64,000 nt of DNA from the human T2T-CHM13v2.0 reference genome, Homo sapiens. Below the pieces are notes generated by a model. That model was not told where the DNA came from, made no database searches, and saw only the letters and a program-made list of their open reading frames with translations. Shown piece after piece: positions 49,760 through 64,000 of the stretch; the first letter of the stretch is position 1; every line of letters begins with the position of its first letter. Made by a program: the position numbers and the translations under genes. Where the stretch lies: NCBI RefSeq assembly GCF_009914755.1, contig NC_060935.1. One strand, written 5' to 3'.

Positions 49760-49900
49760 AAGTGAGCAGCTCGAGGCTGCCGGGGGCTGACGTCAGGGGG
49801 GCGGGGGAGGGGGCCCGGAGCGCCCGGGCCCGCCCCGCCCCGCGCAGCCCCCAGCCCCCGCCCCGCGCGCCGCAGCCCTAGGGGGCGGGCCCCGGCGCCG
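49760..49900 (-). promoter_or_regulatory. MCAM TATA-less core promoter: Inr CTCACTT (TSS ~49763), palindromic CRE TGACGTCA 49788-49795, Sp1/KLF GC boxes
   Basis: Motifs seen directly; the CRE lies ~25-32 nt upstream of the Inr. Confidence 0.85.
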
Positions 49901-52900
49901 CCAGCCCGGGAGCTGCGCCTAGGAGCGCTGCCGGAGGTAGGCCAGAGCCGGACTCCCAGGCTCCTGGCTTGGGAAGGCTGAGGGGGTAGTGACAGGTGTC
50001 TCGGGGTCTGACTGGCCGAGGTGGCAGCGAGGAGAAGCTGTCCCGGATGCCCGGAGTCGCCCCGGGTCGAAGCCAGCCAGGCTCACCGCTGCTCAGCCCC
50101 TGCCAGCCAATGTAGCCCCTAGGGGACCTCCTGGGGGAGGAGCAGTAGCGGACCTGGTCCTCGGTGTCCCCAAGGGGCCTCCCACTTGGGCTCCCCTCCC
50201 TTGCCACAGAGAATTCAGGCCGGCCTCTATCGCTTCCCAGAACGATTGCACCACTGCCGCTGCCGCCGGCCTGACACTGCCTCAGCCTCAGTGCTGGCAG
50301 CTTTGGGAGAAGAACCCTGCGCCAGTCCCACAGACCCAGAAGTACCTGTATGGGGAGTGCAGACGATGCCTTCTGGGCTGTCCCTTCAAACGCAAGCTCC
50401 TGCAAGTCTAGCCTTTGACCAGAGAAAGGAAGGAGGGGGCTGAATTCGCAGGCCCAAGGTGTTCACACTTGTCCAGACCTGGGCCTTGAGAATCATGTTT
50501 CTTCCCTCTTCACTCTGGAGCCTACCCTGGAACTCAGTTTCCCCTCACCTAAGAGAAAGAAACAGGGAGAAGAAAGAGTTAATGGGCGAGGGTCCCCAGC
50601 CTGACCCTGCAAACCTGTTGCTGTTCCTGATGATTGAAAGGATCCCGGCAGCGCTGATCTTCCCCCACCCCATGTCTTCCCCAGCCCTATTGATTGTGGG
50701 TCCATAGCTGAGGGAAGAATCAAATCAGACCTGCTTGGGTGGGGAGCTCTGCAGCTCCCCTTCTCCCAAAACGCCGGCTTCTCCCTGGGTCTTCTGGCCT
50801 CTTGAACTAAGGCTCTAGGGAGGGGGAGGTGCTCTTGCCTCACTCTGACCCCAGCAGCCTGGCCTCAGAAAAGGGGTCCACATCTGCTGGCGCGCCTCCA
50901 CCAGGGAGTGCCAAATAGGGGCCTGGATTTGGGTAGAGGTCTGTTGCCCAGCGGGGCCACCCCTTTGCTCGCTGGGGGAGGTGGAGGGTGAGCCAGCAAA
51001 CCCTGGAGATGGCCAGGTGACTTGAGAGCATGCTCCGGGGTGGCGTTTTGATGACGCAGAGATGACTGGAAAACCACACCAGGCTTGTCTTTCAGAGCCT
51101 TCTCGACCCCTCCTCCAATGCCATTAGTCTCCAGCCAGAGGCTGTGCAGAGCCCAGGCCCACCGGGCCAGGGGCCTGGAGCCTGGAGCCTGCAGGGAGAA
51201 CAAGAGGAGGACGCTGGCTCGCCCTCCAGAGTGAATGTATGGACTGGCCCCAGGCCCAGAGCTGACTAGATGAGAATGTTTTGTCTGCTGGGCTGGAGTG
51301 GGAATGGCTGAAGGATGCCGTTTGCCCTGGCAGGCCCGGCTGGGCATGGAGCTGGCTTCCCTGCCCAACCCCCTTCCTTCACTTAACACCATTAACTAAT
51401 CATTCGCCTCTCTGGCCTGAAAACAAAGCCAGCTAACCACCAAGGACAGTCAGTTCTGAATTCTTCTTCCGCTGGAGGAGAGTGAAGCCAGGTGGGGGTG
51501 GAGGATTCGTCTCTGCGGTGAAAGGGAAATGAGGTCAGAGCCTAGAGCCCAGGGTGACGTCCCTTCGCATTGCCCCACCAAACAAGCACAGAAGACTGTC
51601 CTTTAAGGAAGCCAGTAGCCTGGGGCTGTCTAGGCTGCTCGGAAGTGGGTCATAGCCTCAGGGGACAGATAGCTTTGGGATGGTTTCATGAGGTGGGCAC
51701 TTTGGGATTCCAAACTAAAGACGGGTCAGGACCTCGGAAAGGACGCAGGAGTGGAGGCAGGGAGCAGGGTGGAGGGAGCGGAAGGTGAAGGGGATCAGCC
51801 CTCAGCTCTTCTTAGAGGCCAGAGGCTAGTGCTCCGGCAGCCCCAGGGGAGAGAAGGTGGCTGCGGGACTTCCAGCAGGACAGGAGTGACAGCCAGCAGA
51901 AGGGAGTTGGAGGAGGAGGCCACGGCCGTCTACCCTGCAGGGACCCAGCACCTGGACTGGGTTGGAAGAGCCTGGCTCAGATGTAGGCCAGGGCCAGAAG
52001 AGGCCCTGGGGGCAGAGTCCTAATTCTTCTTTTTTCCCTCGTTGGGTTGCAGGCAAGAAGGCTGCTTTCCTCCAGCCCCATGGTGGACCTGGGCCCCTCA
52101 CACATGAGGGGACCCTCCTGCGCATAATGCCCTCTGCGTGTCTCTGGTATAGGTCTGACCACAGGTGGAGAAACTGAGGCCAGGTGGGGTGGGGGTCCTG
52201 GTTGGGCTCCTCAGCCACAGTCTCCTGGATGGGTGGAGCTTTCAGCTCATTGTAAGGAGAAGTGGAACCCTGGGGAGTTGGAGGTAAAAAGACAAGGATG
52301 GACCTGTCCCCAGAGGCCATGAAGGGGCAAGACTGGAACCCAAGTGTCCTCTCTCAGCTCCAGCAAAGGGAACTTAGCGACTTCTGACCCACCCTTCTGG
52401 ATCCAGGGGCCTTGACCAGGATGTGAGGATATGAGAAGGGTGGGTCAGAAGTAGCTCGAGGAAGGAAGCTGATAAAGAGGTGTTTGCAGCTGCTGTGAGG
52501 ACATGGGGTGGGAGTCCCAACAATCTTGGCAGTTACCGAGACTGGGGAACCCCCTGGCCAGGCCAGATAATAGGATCCGGCCTGGGTCTTTGGAGGGGGT
52601 GCGGAAGTTGGAGAATTTTTCCAGAATGTGGGTGTGAGTAGGAGAAGATTATACTGAAGGAGTGAAAACAGGGTGGAAAAGGGTAGGGGGCAGGAAACCG
52701 GATACTGTACTGGGGGGTGGATGGAAGATGTGGGGGAAGAGATTGAATCGGGGGAAGCAGCCCTGCTCCCGCCGGATGCTGTCTCACCCATGTCCTTCGC
52801 ACCTGACCCAGGGCAGGAGGAAGGAGGCACAGCCGGGATGGAGGTGCACCCCACACCACCATGGGAGAGAGGGAGGGTGGCCTTCTGCGGGATGGGAGGG

Positions 52901-53439
52901 GCTATTTTTAAACTTGGAAAAACCGTGAGTTCATCTCCATTCTGGAGGCTGCAAAGGCCCCATTGTACAGGGGTCTAGAGAGGGGGAGCGGGGGGAGGGG
53001 GCGACGGGCACAATGGCGAGGATTATGTTGGAGCAGGCAGGGGGGTGGAGGGCGGAGAGCGGGGGAGGGGCTGTCTTCGTCACAGATGGCCTACTGAACT
53101 CTGGGGTCGAGCCAGGCTGGGGCTTGAACTGGGGGGCAGGGCCCACCCTCACAAAGATCCCCGTTGGGGAACTGGGGTCTCTGACATCCGGTGGCCCATC
53201 CTGGGGAGGGGGCTGACGGTGGGATTCCCACAGCCTGGCTTTCCCAGGGACCGCAGGGTCTGTTCCCAGGCTCCCAGCATTCCGACGACTCCCCTGAGAG
53301 CTGCTGGCCTCTTCCCTCAGCCCCTTCCCTGCCAGGGGGTGGGGGGAGAGAAGGAGAAAGAGGATGTGGATGCATCGGGACTCCTCCTGGGGATGATGGA
53401 CTCTTAAGCCAGAGGCGGGGGTTGGGTGGGCAGCAGTGG

Positions 53440-54110
53440 GTGGTTAGGGTAGGTTGAGCGGGATCGGAGTCCCCAACCCCGCGGACCCCTCCTCCGACCG
53501 ACTGGGACTGTCCCTCTCGTACCCCCCGGTCTTAGGAGCCTCCGCACGGGGGCCAGCCCACCTGCCGGACCTCAGGCCTCCGGCACCCAGGGCCTCCACC
53601 CAGGGGACCCGGCCGCGGCGGGAAGGCGCCGGCGCTAAGCTCCCCAGGAGCCGGCCTCGAGGTCCCGCCCGGCGGAGGCAGGGGGCGGGGATCCGGCCGC
53701 TCGCCCCAACCCAAACATTACCATAAATGCTCAGGCGGCTGCGGGTGGATGGGCGCGCGGGGAGCCTGGGGCTCTCCGGAAGCCCCAGATCCAGTCTCCA
53801 GGCCCGACCCAGCGCGAGCCCGCGCAGTGATTCGGTCTGACCAGCCGTCCCCTTTACAAAGCGGTGCAGCCGGGGATGGCAGAGCTGGGGTGGGCGCGGG
53901 GACAGGGTGGAGAAAACCCAGGCCGCAGGGGGCGTCTCGGGGCTGCCTCCTGGGTAGGCAATGAGGCTGTGACCTCTGGTTAAAGAAAGAGTGGGGCCCT
54001 CTAGCTAGATGGCAGCGTCGGCGCCGCGGGGAGGCGGCTCTGTCTCCCTGCAGCTCTGCGGGCCCCGCTGCTGTCAGCGGTGACACCCTGGGTCTCGGTT
54101 CCCCGGCCCC
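53440..54110. promoter_or_regulatory. Second CpG island ~4 kb upstream of MCAM
   Basis: CpG-dense, non-repeat, GC boxes. Confidence 0.75.
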
Positions 54111-54571
54111 AGCACCTAATCCCCTTCCCTCTCCTCTGCCCCCAGCCTGCACCTGGGGAATGAAGGGTGATGGGGGCGGAGGGTGGTAGCAGGATGCTGG
54201 GAGTTTACACCTCTCCCCTTCAGGGAAGTTCACATCCGCTCCCCAGAATACCACCATCCAGGGAGAGGAATGTCCCCAGAGAGCTCTTCAAATCTGACTT
54301 TGAGTCGTCACTGAGGGGAAGGCCGGCTGGTCTACAGGAGGGGGCCTGTGGGAAACCTGGGGGCGCCATGTTGAGGTCTTCTGGCCCCTCTCCTCCCTGA
54401 AGGACGCTCCTGCAGTTCCTCTTCCCTGCCACACGGGGCTGCCAGCATCCCAGGGGTAGCCCTGGAGAAGGGGAGCCTTGTTCCATCCCATCCCATTCCG
54501 GCGATGCCTGGGACCCTCACTGCTGCTGCCAGGGCTGATCTTGGAGCCGGGAGTAGAGAGGGGAGGAAAGA

Positions 54572-58800
<4,229 letters not shown>

Positions 58801-59125
58801 TAACGCTATGGTTTTTGGATGCTCCAAAGTCAACAAAATATCCAAGATAAGTTAACTTAGCTATTATTGCATATATTATTACATATATTATTGCCTGGGT
58901 ATGCTTATGATAGACTAGCAATATTTACATGTGTAATAAAGTCATACACAATTCATGATTATATATTTATTCCATAAATTAATTTTCCTTGCCTTCACTT
59001 CAGGAAATTCCTTAATTATGTTGTTATAATAAAACATTTCTCATAATTCATGTTCTATTGCCAGTAATGCCAAATTAATTGGCCTTTCTTGAGTCATAGT
59101 TGTTCCGACGTCTTCAAAAAAATAA

Positions 59126-61162
<2,037 letters not shown>

Positions 61163-61271
61163 TTAATGTTATTTCTGGTTTAACCTTCCTGTGTTTTTAT
61201 TTTTTCAAAATTAAGCAGCTATCAAGAGAATAAGAAGACAAGCTACACACTGGGAGAAAATATTTGAATAG

Positions 61272-61951
<680 letters not shown>

Positions 61952-63021
61952 ATAAAAGAAACTCTTAAAACTTAAAAATAAGAAAACAACCCAATCTAAA
62001 AGTGGGTCCCAAACCTTGACACCTTGTTAAAGAAGATATACAGATAGAAAATAAGCATATGAAATGATGCTCCACACTATATACTGTCAGGGAAATGTAA
62101 ACTAAAACAGCAGCGAGATACCATTACCTACTCATTAGAATGGCCCAAATCCAAAACTGACACTGCAAAATGCTGAGGAAGATGTGCAGCAGCAGGAATT
62201 ATCACTCATTGCTGGTGGGAATGCAAGACGGTACAGCCACTTTAGAAGACAGTTTGGTGATTTCTTGCAAAACTAAAAATACTCATGCTATATTTATGAT
62301 CCAGCAATTGTGTTCCTTGGTATTTACCCAAATGAGTTGAAGACTTATGTCCACCTGAATGCACATGAATGTTTATAGCAGACCTTATTCATCATTCCCA
62401 AACCTGGAAGCAACCAAGATGTCATTCAATTGATGAATGGATAAATTAGCTAGTACATCCAAACAATGGAATATTGTTTAGTGCTAAAAAGAAATGGGCT
62501 ATGAAAAGATATGGAGGAAACTTAAATCCATATTGCTAAGAGAAAGAAGCCAATCTGAAAAGGCTACATACTGTACGATTTCAACTATATGACGTTCTAC
62601 AACAGGTAAAACTATGGAAACAGTAAAAAGATCAGTGGTTGCCAGGAGTCTGGGGGGAAGGAGGGATGAATAGGCACAGCACGGAGAATTTTTAGGGCAA
62701 TGAAACTATTCTCTATAACACTGTATGATGGATAAATGTCATTAAACATTTGTCAAAACCCATAGAATGTACAACACCAAGAGTGAACCCTAATGTAAAC
62801 TGTGGACTTCAGTTCATAATAAAGTATCAATAGTGGCTCATCACTTGTTTAAAAAAATATCCAAATGAGCAGTATTTTGGTTACACTTTTATCAATATTA
62901 TTCATATTAAACAACCATCTCAAATATCTGTGGGTAGTGCACATGCAAGGGTAATTTGATTTTCCATTTGAGACCATAATTTGCTCTTTGTGAATCTTCT
63001 TAACGCTGCTCAGTCTTCTAG

Positions 63022-63256
63022 TTTCCCCTTCCTTCCTTCCTTCCCTCCCTTTCCTTCCTTTCTTCCTTCTTTCCCTTCTTCCCCCTCCTCTCTCTCTTGT
63101 CTCTTCCTTCCTTCTTTCTTCTTTCTTTCTTTGCCTTTCTTTCTTTCTCTCCTTCCTTCCTTCTTTCTTTTTTTTTTTTTTTCTCTCTCTCTCCCTTTTC
63201 TTTCTCTCCTTCCTTCCTCTCTCTCTCTCTCTTTCTCTTTTTCTCTCTTTCTTTCC
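63022..63256 (+). repeat. Polypyrimidine (TTCC/TC/T)n tract = expanded tail of the Alu at 63257-63535(-)
   Basis: Almost purely C/T; TSD CTTCTAGTTTC brackets the tract plus the Alu. Confidence 0.88.
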
Positions 63257-64000
63257 AGAATCTCAACCCTGTTGCCCAGGCTGGAGTAAAGTGGTGCAAT
63301 CACAGCTCACTGCAGCCTCGACTTCCCAAATTCAGGTGATTCTCCCACCTCAGCTTCTCGAGTAGCTGAGACTATAGGCACATGCCACCATGCCCAGCTA
63401 ATATTTTGTATTTTTAGTAGAGACAGGGTTTCGCCATGTTGCCTAGGTTGGTATTGCACTCCTGGGCTCAAGCGATCCGCCCACCTTGGCCTCCCCAAGT
63501 GCTGGAATTTCAGGTGTGAGCCATGGTGCCCAGCCCTTCTAGTTTCTTGTCTAAATTAAACCGACTTGTTTTAACAGCATTTAGCCAGCATTCCCATCAT
63601 GTATCCAAGAGCAGTTGTAAGGTCAATTGTGATACAGTTTTTTCCAAGATATTTCATCTTTGGGCACATCCAGAATATTGCATATAATCTTTTTATTTTT
63701 CCAAAAATGCCATTATTATCAGCACAATTAGGCTGTGTCTTCTAATAACAAGTTCAACTATGTGCCATACAGGGGACATGTCACCAAAAAAATGCTTCTA
63801 GATTTTTGGCCAAAATCCTGGCTTGTTCATCTTTATTATCTTTACTAACCATGTCATTACTGTTATCATCGACTTGCCCTTGACAGTCTTTTAAATCAAA
63901 GACTAAAATTGCAAGTAGGTTTTTTCCTTAGTGCAAAACTAGGGAAAACTAGTTTTTCCTTAAGTCAAAACTAGAATATAGCTAGTTAAATACACATGCG

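Noticed and set aside
49735-49761. In-frame near-cognate TTG extension of MCAM shown in the ORF track
   Set aside because: Lies ~2 nt from the inferred TSS; the ATG at 49734 has good context (AGCATGG) and starts the signal peptide
62981-63339. Phe/Ser/Leu- and Glu/Arg/Lys-rich ORFs
   Set aside because: Translations of the simple C/T repeat

Overview
Human (primate) genomic DNA, recognisable as the CBL-MCAM locus at 11q23.3. The + strand carries CBL (E3 ubiquitin ligase/adaptor) exons 3-16; exons 1-2 lie upstream of the window. The stop is at 32414-32416, followed by an ~8.4 kb 3' UTR ending near 40783. The - strand carries the complete 16-exon MCAM/CD146 gene (ATG 49734, stop 42519, 646 aa) with its CpG-island promoter and the intronic tailed mirtron MIR6756. 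The two genes converge tail-to-tail with only ~380 bp between their 3' ends. The rest is intron or intergenic DNA packed with ~50 Alus (one is a young AluYa5), L1/L2/MIR, MaLR LTRs, DNA-transposon fossils, a U6 retrocopy and a 7SL retrocopy. All exon boundaries were read from GT-AG sites, and they sum to intact frames. There is no prokaryotic-type or wholly new system here. The best leads are: a candidate 18-nt in-frame microexon (or +84 nt alternative donor) in MCAM intron 13; an interlocked bidirectional poly(A) site at the CBL/MCAM junction; mutually complementary Alus in the two 3' UTRs; the fact that every AG in CBL exon 8 is in frame; Alu-flanked in-frame circularisable CBL exons; and a hAT > L1 > 7SL > Alu nested insertion stack. 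Nearly all other ORFs in the track are Alu or GC-rich artefacts.
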